DNA of 32,000 nt from Lachnospiraceae bacterium (GTDB lineage Bacteria > Bacillota > Clostridia > Lachnospirales > Lachnospiraceae). Position numbers and translations under genes: made by a program. The DNA is taken from the NCBI GenBank assembly GCA_017427415.1, contig JAFRSU010000038.1, positions 80,717 through 112,716 of the forward strand, in the 5' to 3' direction. Positions 1-8,104 of the stretch are shown one piece after another. The notes beneath the pieces are model-generated. The model was not told the DNA's origin. It saw only the letters and a program-made list of their open reading frames with translations, and did no database searches. Position 1 is the first letter of the stretch; each line of letters begins with the position of its first letter.

Positions 1-1206
1 TCCGTGTATACCTTCAAGTACCAGGATATCCCCATCCTCGAGCTTTAATGTATTGCCCTTGTACTCACGTCTTCCTATTTTAAAATTAAATGTCGGCATC
101 TGTACGGTCTCGCCGTTTAAGAGTGCCAGCATGTCCTTATTAAATCCTTCAACATCTATTGCTTCCAGGCACTCGAAGTTATAATTTCCGTTCTCGTCCT
201 TAGGAGTATCCTCACGGTTTTTGAAATAATTATCAAGTGCCACGGGATGAGGCCTTAAGCCAAGTGTACGCAGCTGTATCGAAAGCCTGTGTGAAAAGCT
301 TGTCTTTCCCGAAGAAGAAGGACCTGCTATCATGACGAATTTTACGCCGCCTCTTGACTTTATCTGCTCGGCGATATCGCCTATCCTCTTCTCCTGCAGA
401 GCTTCCTGCACTAAGATCATGTCTTCGATATTTCCGTTACATATCTGCTCATTTAAGTCACCTACGCAGCCGAGTCCCATGATCCTGCCCCACTCATTGG
501 CTTCATGCTGTGTCTTAAACAACATGGGCCTGTCATCATAGTCAGCCACCTTAGAAGTATCCGATGTATCCGGAAGCAGGAGAAGGAAGCCTTCATCATA
601 AAGCTTAAGGTCAAATACCTTAAGTATACCGGTAGATGCAGGCATATATCCGTAGAAATAATCCTTAAACCCGTCAAGCTCATAATAGTTTGTCGTAGAA
701 GCGCTTCTGTACTTGAAAAGCTCTACCTTGTCATTCATCCCCAGGTCCTTAAACATCTTTACAGCTTCAGCTGTGGGGATCGACTTCTTTATTATAGGAA
801 GATTTCTCTCATTAAGATCCTGCATTTCACGCTTAACCTTACTAAGCAGTTCATTTGACAGCGGCTCTTTTCCCTCATAATCACAGTATATAGCCTTACC
901 CAATGTATGCTCTACCGAGATACGTTTGATCTTTTCTTTTCCGAGCACTCCATAAAATGCACGGAGCATCATGAATATGGCACCTCTCACATATGTGTCG
1001 TTTCCGACGGAATCCTTGGTGGTCACAAATCCGACCTTGCATCCGTCCTGAATCTTTTTGTGAAGCTCACTAAGCTTTCCGTTCACAGTCACAAGTATGA
1101 TGTCGCCATCCGCTTTTTCCCTGTAATCCTCAGCTATCTCAGCATATGTCGAGCCCTGCTCGTACTCTACAGTTACCCCAAATACATTAACCTTACAATC
1201 AGCCAT
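1..1206 (-). CDS. Uridine-kinase-family nucleoside kinase with an N-terminal TGS-like domain. Only the N-terminal 402 codons are present, because the ORF runs off the left edge.
   Basis: My own minus-strand translation from the ATG at 1206-1204 gives MADCKVNVFGVTVEYEQGSTYAEIAEDYREKADGDIILVTVNGKLSELHKK... and stays open to position 1. Walker A GPSSSGKT is encoded at 301-324, and ...DILVLEGIHG sits at the edge. AAGGAGAGAAGG lies directly upstream of the ATG. The ORF is not in the supplied track because it has no stop in the window. Confidence 0.8.
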   Translation of the reverse strand, partial: MADCKVNVFGVTVEYEQGSTYAEIAEDYREKADGDIILVTVNGKLSELHKKIQDGCKVGFVTTKDSVGNDTYVRGAIFMMLRAFYGVLGKEKIKRISVEHTLGKAIYCDYEGKEPLSNELLSKVKREMQDLNERNLPIIKKSIPTAEAVKMFKDLGMNDKVELFKYRSASTTNYYELDGFKDYFYGYMPASTGILKVFDLKLYDEGFLLLLPDTSDTSKVADYDDRPMLFKTQHEANEWGRIMGLGCVGDLNEQICNGNIEDMILVQEALQEKRIGDIAEQIKSRGGVKFVMIAGPSSSGKTSFSHRLSIQLRTLGLRPHPVALDNYFKNREDTPKDENGNYNFECLEAIDVEGFNKDMLALLNGETVQMPTFNFKIGRREYKGNTLKLEDGDILVLEGIHG

Positions 1207-1225
1207 CCTTCTCTCCTTGTATATG

Positions 1226-2014
1226 TTATTGTACTACTTCATAAAACTTTAAAGCCTTACGTATCAGTTCTTTTTCTTTTTCAAAAAAGACCTTACGTTC
1301 TGCACTGTCTCCGGATCCTTCCGCCGATATCCTCTCAAGGATTCTTTCATTCTTCTCTTTTAATATAAGAAGAACTTCGTGCAATAATCCGTTTTTTGTC
1401 TTTAAAAGATACTCACCGAATTCGTCATAGACAGCCTGCATGAGCATGTCGGAAGTGTCGCCGCTTATCTTACCGGCTGCAAATAGATCCGTCCGGGCTA
1501 TGCCTGCTGTATCTGCATCCGTCTTTATTTTTACTCTCATTGATGTGTAAAACTTCCCCAGTTCCTTGCACATCTTTTCTCCGGTGATGATAAAGCCGTG
1601 TTCCCTTAAAAAACTTCTGACTAACCCTAAGTCCGACTGCGGCTGGAGTATCAGCTCTTTTGCGGCCTTCGCTTTTGCTAACCCCCGCTCAAGTATCTGC
1701 ATGGTAAGTGTCCCGCCCATGCCGGCTATGATGATCGTATCGGTCTCGCCCTGTTTTAGGGCAGTAAGCCCATCCGAGAGCCTGGTCTCTATCTTCTCTC
1801 CCAATCCGTACAGCCTTATATTGGCATCGGCATGAGAAAGCGGGCCGGGCCTTACATCCATAGCCACAGCTCTCGGGACATCCCTGTGTTTTACGAGCCA
1901 TATACAGGTGTGGGCATGATCACAGCCCACATCCGCTACGCTCGAACCTGCCGTCACCATCCCCGCCGACATGGCCAGGCGCTCCGACAGTTTTATATTA
2001 TCTCTGTGTTCCAT
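1226..2014 (-). CDS. trmK: tRNA (adenine22-N1)-methyltransferase, TrmK/YqfN family
   Basis: 262-aa ORF with an ATG start. It has the SAM-methyltransferase motifs VADVGCDHA and IIIAGMGG, and its length is typical of TrmK. It lies directly downstream of dnaG-sigA. Confidence 0.8.
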   Translation of the reverse strand: MEHRDNIKLSERLAMSAGMVTAGSSVADVGCDHAHTCIWLVKHRDVPRAVAMDVRPGPLSHADANIRLYGLGEKIETRLSDGLTALKQGETDTIIIAGMGGTLTMQILERGLAKAKAAKELILQPQSDLGLVRSFLREHGFIITGEKMCKELGKFYTSMRVKIKTDADTAGIARTDLFAAGKISGDTSDMLMQAVYDEFGEYLLKTKNGLLHEVLLILKEKNERILERISAEGSGDSAERKVFFEKEKELIRKALKFYEVVQ

Positions 2015-2054
2015 ATTCTCTTTGATCTTACCGCCTCAGGCTACCTCTTTTCCC

Positions 2055-2063
2055 ATTATATCA
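2055..2063 (-). promoter_or_regulatory. Possible extended -10 promoter (TGATATAAT on the minus strand) for trmK, abutting the repeat element
   Basis: The minus strand reads TTGATATAATGG about 40 nt upstream of the trmK ATG. The -35 region is poor (TCGAGG). Confidence 0.3.
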
Positions 2064-2070
2064 AGCTCAT

Positions 2071-2173
2071 GCCTTCCCCTCGAGGTGAAGGTGCCCGAAG
2101 GGCGGATGAGGTGTTTTCTAAAGCATACCCCTCATCAGTCAGCTTCGCTGACAGCTTCCCCCTAGGGGGAAGC
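2071..2173. repeat. Composite structured intergenic repeat (REP/MITE-like): two inverted modules facing each other
   Basis: Module 1 (2071-2114): the near-palindrome CCTTCCCCTCGAGGTGAAGG, the hairpin GCCC-GAA-GGGC (2093-2103), then GGATGAGGTGT. Module 2 (2127-2173): ACCCCTCATC, the hairpin GTCAGC-TTC-GCTGAC (2138-2152), then the perfect palindrome GCTTCCCCC-TA-GGGGGAAGC (2154-2173). Related copies are at 5287, 15009, 21255 and 29701. Confidence 0.85.
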
Positions 2174-2198
2174 CATAGCTTGATACACCGGGTAGATA

Positions 2199-3449
2199 TT
2201 ACTGCTCTAAGAAATCCCTGAGCTTTCTTGAACGGCTGGGATGTCTCAGTTTTCTTAAGGCCTTAGCCTCGATCTGTCTGATACGCTCACGCGTAACATC
2301 AAATACCTTGCCAACCTCTTCAAGAGTTCTTGCACGTCCGTCATCAAGACCGAATCTGAGTCTGAGCACTCTCTGCTCACGATCGGTAAGTGTCCCGAGC
2401 ACGTCTAAGAGCTGCTCCTTAAGAAGTGTATAAGCTGCAGCATCTGCAGGCATAGGTACATTGTCATCCTGGATGAAATCGCCCAAGTGGCTGTCTTCCT
2501 CCTCACCGATAGGAGTCTCTAATGATACGGGCTCCTGGGAGATTTTCTGGATCTCTGCCACACGCTCAACAGGCATCTTCATCTCACGGGCTACTTCTTC
2601 CTGGGTAGGTTCACGGCCTAATTCCTGGAGCAGAGTTCTCTGGGTACGCATCAGCCTGTTGATGGTCTCAACCATATGTACGGGGATCCTGATGGTACGT
2701 GCCTGATCTGCTATAGCTCTCGTAATGGCCTGTCTGATCCACCATGTAGCATAGGTACTGAATTTGTACCCCTTGTTGTAATCGAACTTTTCCACAGCCT
2801 TGATAAGACCGAGGTTGCCTTCCTGGATAAGATCAAGGAACTGCATGCCGCGGCCGACATATCTTTTTGCTATGGAAACAACAAGTCTTAAGTTTGCCTC
2901 AGCCAGTCTCTTCTTCGCTGCCTCACCGGCATCGATCTTCTTCTGGCCTTCCTTCTTTAAAGAAGCAAGCTTCTTTGTAAGTTCTTCCTTTGCCTCAGGA
3001 CTTTCGGGCTTGCGCAGCTTTTTCTCTATCTCATGACAGCGCTGCTTGTAAGAATCCCCCTCCTCAATGACCTGAGCCAGATGGATTTCCTCATCCGCAC
3101 TTAAGAGCTGTACCTTACCTATTTCCTTAAGATACATTCTTACCGGGTCCTCGATGCTGACGCCCTCAGGGACGGAAAGGTCGATGTTCTCGATATCGAT
3201 ATCTTCCTCATCATCGCTGATAAGATCGATACTGTCCAAGATATCATCGTCCGATACGGTCTCTCTCAATACGTCGACACCATTGTTGTCCAGGAAGTCG
3301 TAAATATGATTGATCTGATCTTCATTCAGCTCCATATCGCTGAAGAAATCATTGACTTCCTGATACTCCAGGACATTTTTCTTCTTCTTTGCCATACTCA
3401 GTAATTCTCTGAGCTTTTCCTGGAATTTCTGCTGTAACTGCTGATCCAT
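2199..3449 (-). CDS. sigA: Primary RNA polymerase sigma factor (sigma-70/SigA)
   Basis: Region 2 is [27 protein letters not shown] and region 4.2 is [30 protein letters not shown], with an acidic N-terminal spacer. The track ORF starts at a GTG at 3461. I prefer the ATG at 3449 (MDQQLQQ...), but neither start has a clear SD. Confidence 0.95.
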   Translation of the reverse strand: MDQQLQQKFQEKLRELLSMAKKKKNVLEYQEVNDFFSDMELNEDQINHIYDFLDNNGVDVLRETVSDDDILDSIDLISDDEEDIDIENIDLSVPEGVSIEDPVRMYLKEIGKVQLLSADEEIHLAQVIEEGDSYKQRCHEIEKKLRKPESPEAKEELTKKLASLKKEGQKKIDAGEAAKKRLAEANLRLVVSIAKRYVGRGMQFLDLIQEGNLGLIKAVEKFDYNKGYKFSTYATWWIRQAITRAIADQARTIRIPVHMVETINRLMRTQRTLLQELGREPTQEEVAREMKMPVERVAEIQKISQEPVSLETPIGEEEDSHLGDFIQDDNVPMPADAAAYTLLKEQLLDVLGTLTDREQRVLRLRFGLDDGRARTLEEVGKVFDVTRERIRQIEAKALRKLRHPSRSRKLRDFLEQ

Positions 3450-3466
3450 CTTTCGAGGCACTGCTG

Positions 3467-5263
3467 CTACAAGGTAATATTCATCAGCTTTTTCCTTAAG
3501 GCTTCGAGGCTGTCTTCATTCATGAGCAACTCATTAAGTTTGGCTCCGTCTCCTATGCGCATCGCTTCCTCGACCTCACGGTCATATGCTGATTTTTTTA
3601 CGCCTGTAACGTAATCCGCAAATGCCATCCTCCTTTCGTCTTCGCTTGTCTCTTCAAAATCATCAGAGGTCATCAGTATGTCCGCCACCGTTTTCTGCTC
3701 ATCCGCAGATTCAAATTTTTCTACTATTCTGGCGCCCACTGTCGCTCCGACTCTTTCATAATCATTTGTTAAATACTCGAATATGCGTCTTTCGGTTTCC
3801 CCGGCAAAATCCTCTTTTTTAAGGATATCCTTTACTGCGAGGTACGCATTTTTATTGCATACGAGCATGTTAAGCAGGCTGTACTCTGCTTTTTTCTGCG
3901 CCGCTTCGGGCTTGATCTCTCTTGTTGCCTTAGCTCTTTCCTTTTCACGCTCGTTGTTCTCTTTTACCTTTAATGCCGCTCCGATGCGATTGACCTCACG
4001 CTTTAGTTCGACGGGGTCGATGTTGTACTTTTTGGCAGCCGACTCTATGTGATTGTGCCGCGCCATCGGGTCATCTATGGCAGCTATGGTTTCTGCCAGC
4101 TTATGATCGAACTGTGTTTTTGAATCGGGATCCTCCATATCATGTGTTTCCTCAAGTATCCCGGCCTCAAAATCAAATCCGTTTACTGACTCCTCTATCC
4201 TTTTTCTGTATTCGTCAGCCCCTGCCGCACAGATCAGTTCGTCCGGATCCTTATAGGGCTTCATGTTCAGGACCTTTACCGACAGCCCGACATTTTTAAG
4301 TATCGGGATGGCACGAAGTGCCGCCTTTTTTCCGGCTCCATCACTGTCATACGTTATGATGACGGAATCGGTATAGCCCATGATCTTCTTTGCCTGGCGC
4401 TCGGTAAGTGATGTTCCGAGCGAAGCCACCGCATTATCGAATCCTGCCTGGTGGAGTGCTATGACATCCATATATCCTTCCGCGAGCAGGAAAAACTTTT
4501 CCTTTGTCTTCTTGGCCAGATGCAGTCCGTACAGATTCTCGCTCTTATTGAACAGCTCAGTCTCCGGGGAATTCAGGTACTTCGGAGCATTTTCCGCCTT
4601 GCTCATGATACGGCCGCCGAAAGCTATGACCCTGCCTCTTTGGTCCATGATCGGGAATATGACTCTGTCCCAGAACTTATCATATGCACCTTTCTCATTT
4701 ATCGTAAACAGCCCGCTTGTTGCAAGCTCTTCGTCAGTATATCCTTTTGTCTTTAATACTTTATAGAGCCCGTCGGAATATCTCCCGGCAAATCCGAGCC
4801 CGAAGCTGTTAATGGTCTCATCCGAAAGCCCGCGGTTTTTAAGATACTGCATGGCATTCCGGCCCTCACCGCTCCTCAGCATCCTGTAATAATAGGTTGC
4901 GGCTTCCTTATTGATAGCCGCTATCCGTTCTTTAAGATTCCGCCTCGAATTATCGTAGCCGTCATTTGACTTTTCAGGGAGCTTGATGCCTGCCCTGTCG
5001 GCCAAAAACTGTACTGCCTCAGGGAAGCTTATATTTTCCGTTCTCTCTATAAATCCGAATACGTTTCCGCTCACGCCGCAGCCGAAGCACTTAAATATCT
5101 GCATGTTCCGGTTTACGGAAAACGAGCCTGTTTTTTCATTATGAAAAGGGCAAAGCCCGACATAGTTTGCTCCGCGGCGTTTAAGTTGCACATATGTGGA
5201 GACGACATCCACAATGTCATTCGAAGAGCGCACCTGTTCTATCGTATCATCATCATAATACAT
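3467..5263 (-). CDS. dnaG: DNA primase
   Basis: Zinc-ribbon motif [14 protein letters not shown]...FKCFGCG and TOPRIM motifs [11 protein letters not shown] and ITYDSDGAG. The stop lies 5 nt before the sigA ORF. Confidence 0.96.
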   Translation of the reverse strand: MYYDDDTIEQVRSSNDIVDVVSTYVQLKRRGANYVGLCPFHNEKTGSFSVNRNMQIFKCFGCGVSGNVFGFIERTENISFPEAVQFLADRAGIKLPEKSNDGYDNSRRNLKERIAAINKEAATYYYRMLRSGEGRNAMQYLKNRGLSDETINSFGLGFAGRYSDGLYKVLKTKGYTDEELATSGLFTINEKGAYDKFWDRVIFPIMDQRGRVIAFGGRIMSKAENAPKYLNSPETELFNKSENLYGLHLAKKTKEKFFLLAEGYMDVIALHQAGFDNAVASLGTSLTERQAKKIMGYTDSVIITYDSDGAGKKAALRAIPILKNVGLSVKVLNMKPYKDPDELICAAGADEYRKRIEESVNGFDFEAGILEETHDMEDPDSKTQFDHKLAETIAAIDDPMARHNHIESAAKKYNIDPVELKREVNRIGAALKVKENNEREKERAKATREIKPEAAQKKAEYSLLNMLVCNKNAYLAVKDILKKEDFAGETERRIFEYLTNDYERVGATVGARIVEKFESADEQKTVADILMTSDDFEETSEDERRMAFADYVTGVKKSAYDREVEEAMRIGDGAKLNELLMNEDSLEALRKKLMNITL

Positions 5264-5286
5264 ACGCGCTCTCCTTTCTTTTATTT

Positions 5287-5328
5287 CACCTCATCAGTCA
5301 GCTGCGCCGTTAGGGGCGGATGAGGTGT
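5287..5328. repeat. Minimal copy of the structured intergenic repeat, bounded by a 9-bp inverted repeat
   Basis: CACCTCATC (5287-5295) pairs with GATGAGGTG (5319-5327), enclosing AGTCAGCTGCGCCGTTAGGGGCG. The copy lies between the dgt stop (which it overlaps by one base) and the dnaG start. Confidence 0.8.
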
Positions 5329-6335
5329 CAGTACACCTGCCACCCTGAGGGTACCATCAGTTCATTATACTTCGATACCGCATACCTGTCGGTCATACAG
5401 GCTATATAATCTGCCACTGCTCTTTCCTTTCCTTCGGGCGCATTTCTGTGCTCCTCGGGCAACAGGTCAAAATGCTCTAAGTAATACTCATACATATCCA
5501 CGAGCATCTTTTCTGCCTTCTTCTCCTGGCTTTTAGCCACAGGATTGGTGTAAACGTTCTCAAACATGAACTTTCTTAAATCCTGCATGGCTTTATAAAC
5601 TTCATCCGACATTATAATGTCGTTCTTATTTTCACTGTTCGATACGATATCGTGTATCAGCGTATTAAGACGCTGGCTCAAAGAGTTTCCGAGGATATCG
5701 GTATACTCCTTCGGGATATCGCTCTCCTCTATGATATGTCCGCGCGTGGCGTCATCTATATCATGGTTTACATATGCTATCTTATCGGAAAGCCTTACTA
5801 TCTTCCCCTCCAATGTACCGGGTCTGCCCTCGGTCTGGTGGTTTACGATACCGTCCTTTACCTCCCATGACAGGTTCATGGTCTTTCCGTTTTTCTTTTC
5901 GATGAATTCTACGACCCTGATACTCTGCAGATGGTGCTCGAAGCCTCCGGGGCAGACACTGTTAAGGGCTCTCTCTCCCGCATGTCCGAACGGTGTATGT
6001 CCTAAGTCATGACCTAGGGCTATAGCCTCGGTCAGGTCATCGTTCAGTCTTAACGCCTTTGCGATGGTACGGGCAATCTGCGCCACCTCCAAGGTATGTG
6101 TCATGCGGGTCCTGTAATGGTCGCCCATAGGTGTCAGAAATACCTGTGTCTTACCATTCAGACGCCTGAATGCCTTGGAGTGGATGATCCTGTCCCTGTC
6201 ACGCTGGAAGCAGGTACGGATATCACACTGCGGTTCTTCGATGCTGCGGCCCTTTGATTCATCGCTGAATGCCGCAAAAGGACTTAAGATAAGATGTTCC
6301 CGTACTTCCTGAAGTTCTCTAATGGTCTTTTCCAT
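5328..6335 (-). CDS. dgt: dGTP triphosphohydrolase-like HD-domain protein
   Basis: HD motifs THTLEVAQIART and GHDLGHTPFGHAGE. A 335-aa length is typical of the short Dgt-like family found upstream of dnaG in Firmicutes. SD GGAGAG precedes the ATG. Confidence 0.85.
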   Translation of the reverse strand: MEKTIRELQEVREHLILSPFAAFSDESKGRSIEEPQCDIRTCFQRDRDRIIHSKAFRRLNGKTQVFLTPMGDHYRTRMTHTLEVAQIARTIAKALRLNDDLTEAIALGHDLGHTPFGHAGERALNSVCPGGFEHHLQSIRVVEFIEKKNGKTMNLSWEVKDGIVNHQTEGRPGTLEGKIVRLSDKIAYVNHDIDDATRGHIIEESDIPKEYTDILGNSLSQRLNTLIHDIVSNSENKNDIIMSDEVYKAMQDLRKFMFENVYTNPVAKSQEKKAEKMLVDMYEYYLEHFDLLPEEHRNAPEGKERAVADYIACMTDRYAVSKYNELMVPSGWQVY

Positions 6336-6402
6336 CGGCTCTCCTATACATACTATACAACTGCATCCGTATTTTCGCTGCGGACGCTTGCAACCTTAAA
6401 AA

Positions 6403-7014
6403 TCATCTGCGGGAAAACTCGCATCCGCAAAAATTTTGACGATATAAGTTATATTCACGTGAAAGCTCTATCGATCTCTGATATCCGCCGTTTTTCTTAA
6501 AATCCGACGGAAGATATTTTACGCCGTATTCCGCAGCAAGCTTCAATCCTAAGCGGTTAAGTACCTGAGCGTCCTTTAAAGGACTTATGGTAAGCGTCGT
6601 GGTAAAATAATCATACCCTCCCTTTACCGCTTCCTCGGCGGTCTTACGCAGCCGCAGTTCGTAGCATAAGATGCAGCGTTTCCCGCATTCGGGCTCGTTC
6701 TCTAAGCCGGATGCCATATTATAAAAGCGGTCCGGGTCATAGTCTCCCTCAAGGAATTTTGCTTTATGCTCCATCGGCATCTCATCTATGAGCCTTTTAA
6801 GCTCTCCAACGCGGTGCCTGTACTCGGCTTCATCCGTAATATTGGGGTTATAGTAAAAAGCGGTTATGTCGGAATATCTGCTTAAAATTTCCATGCAATG
6901 ACTGGCGCAAGGCGCACAACAGCAATGCAAAAGTATGGTCGGGCATACCTTTAGCTCCGACCATTCTTTAATCTCCTTTTCCAGTTCTTTTTGATAATTT
7001 ATCTTGTTTTCCAA
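6403..7014 (-). CDS. queH: Epoxyqueuosine reductase QueH (DUF208 family)
   Basis: The cysteine pattern LLHCCCAPCASHC, CGKRCILC and FCGCEFS is typical of DUF208/QueH. The only start upstream of the Cys motif is a TTG at 7014-7012. Confidence 0.7.
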   Translation of the reverse strand: MENKINYQKELEKEIKEWSELKVCPTILLHCCCAPCASHCMEILSRYSDITAFYYNPNITDEAEYRHRVGELKRLIDEMPMEHKAKFLEGDYDPDRFYNMASGLENEPECGKRCILCYELRLRKTAEEAVKGGYDYFTTTLTISPLKDAQVLNRLGLKLAAEYGVKYLPSDFKKNGGYQRSIELSREYNLYRQNFCGCEFSRR

Positions 7015-7032
7015 GGATATCCCACTTTTCTT

Positions 7033-8091
7033 TCACTCTGCAAGGATCTCATCCAGTGCTTCGTACAGTTTTTTCATCTGTGCATCGGTGCCGACAGTTA
7101 CGCGCAGGAAGTTTCCGATACGCGGTTTGTCCCAATGACGGACGAAAATCCCTCTATTCTTTAAATCGGCAAAAAGCTTTAAAGCCTTAACCCTTTTATG
7201 AGAAATAAATAAGAAATTTGTTTTGGAATCCAAAACGGTGAAATCACGCTTTTTCAGTTCCTTTACTGCCTTCTCACGTGTCTTTACTATCTTGGCAATG
7301 GTAGCCTTATAATATTCCTCGTCATCTATAGCTGCTACACCCATCTCTACAGCGGGGTAGTTCATGGTGTAGGAGTTGATGGAGAACTTAACGTCGTTCA
7401 TAGCCTGTATTATCGCGTCCGAAGCGAAAGCATAACCTATCCTCATTCCGGCCATAGAACGCGACTTCGAAAATGTCTGAACCACCATTAAGTTATCGTA
7501 CTTCCCAAGAAGCGGTATAGCACTCTCACCGCCGAAATCCACATATGCCTCGTCCACTATCACTACGCTGTCCGGGTTATTCTTTATGATGAACTCAACA
7601 TCTTCTAAAGGCAGATTAATGGATGTGGGCGCATTGGGATTGGCTATCACGATGCCCCCGTTCTCCTGAAGGTAGTCCTCCTTTACGATCTTAAAATCGT
7701 CATCTAACGGAACTGTCTTATAAGGTATCTTATAAAGCTCGGCCCACACATCGTAGAAGGAATATGTGACATCCGGGAAAAGTATCGGCTTATCCGAATT
7801 AAAGCAAGCTATAAAAGCAGTAGCCAGCACATCATCCGAGCCTACGCCGACAAAGGTATTTTTCTCGGGCACACCGTAATATCTCGCGATGGCTCTCGAG
7901 AGCTTTCCCGCATCTGTGGGCGGATAGAGACGCATCTTGTCGTCTCTTAAGTTGCATGCGATCTCCTCTGCTTTCGCTGAAGCCGGATAAGGGTTCTCGT
8001 TTGTATTCAGTTTTATGACCTTACTTACATCCTTCGGCTGCTCGCCCGGGATATATGGGGCTATTTTTCGCAGATTATCTTTAAATCCCAT
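7033..8091 (-). CDS. hisC: Histidinol-phosphate/aromatic aminotransferase (class II PLP aminotransferase, HisC family)
   Basis: KLNTNENPYP near the N-terminus, PLP-lysine motif TFSKSRSMAGMRIGY, and a length of 352 aa. SD GGAG precedes the ATG. No other his genes are nearby. Confidence 0.8.
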   Translation of the reverse strand: MGFKDNLRKIAPYIPGEQPKDVSKVIKLNTNENPYPASAKAEEIACNLRDDKMRLYPPTDAGKLSRAIARYYGVPEKNTFVGVGSDDVLATAFIACFNSDKPILFPDVTYSFYDVWAELYKIPYKTVPLDDDFKIVKEDYLQENGGIVIANPNAPTSINLPLEDVEFIIKNNPDSVVIVDEAYVDFGGESAIPLLGKYDNLMVVQTFSKSRSMAGMRIGYAFASDAIIQAMNDVKFSINSYTMNYPAVEMGVAAIDDEEYYKATIAKIVKTREKAVKELKKRDFTVLDSKTNFLFISHKRVKALKLFADLKNRGIFVRHWDKPRIGNFLRVTVGTDAQMKKLYEALDEILAE

Positions 8092-8104
8092 AACGGTCTC
8101 CTAC

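Noticed and set aside
1832-2221. The track ORFs 1832..2221 and 1971..2165, which read through the sigA-trmK spacer.
   Set aside because: They are produced by the palindromic repeat element, yielding peptides such as PSPRGEGARRADEV and SFADSFPLGGSHS. They also overlap trmK antisense. They are artefacts of repeat translation.
5328-6335. The dGTPase-like HD protein considered as an anti-phage dNTP-depletion defence gene.
   Set aside because: It sits in the conserved housekeeping position immediately upstream of dnaG-sigA, and no other defence or mobile genes are nearby. It is most simply the core Dgt-like enzyme.
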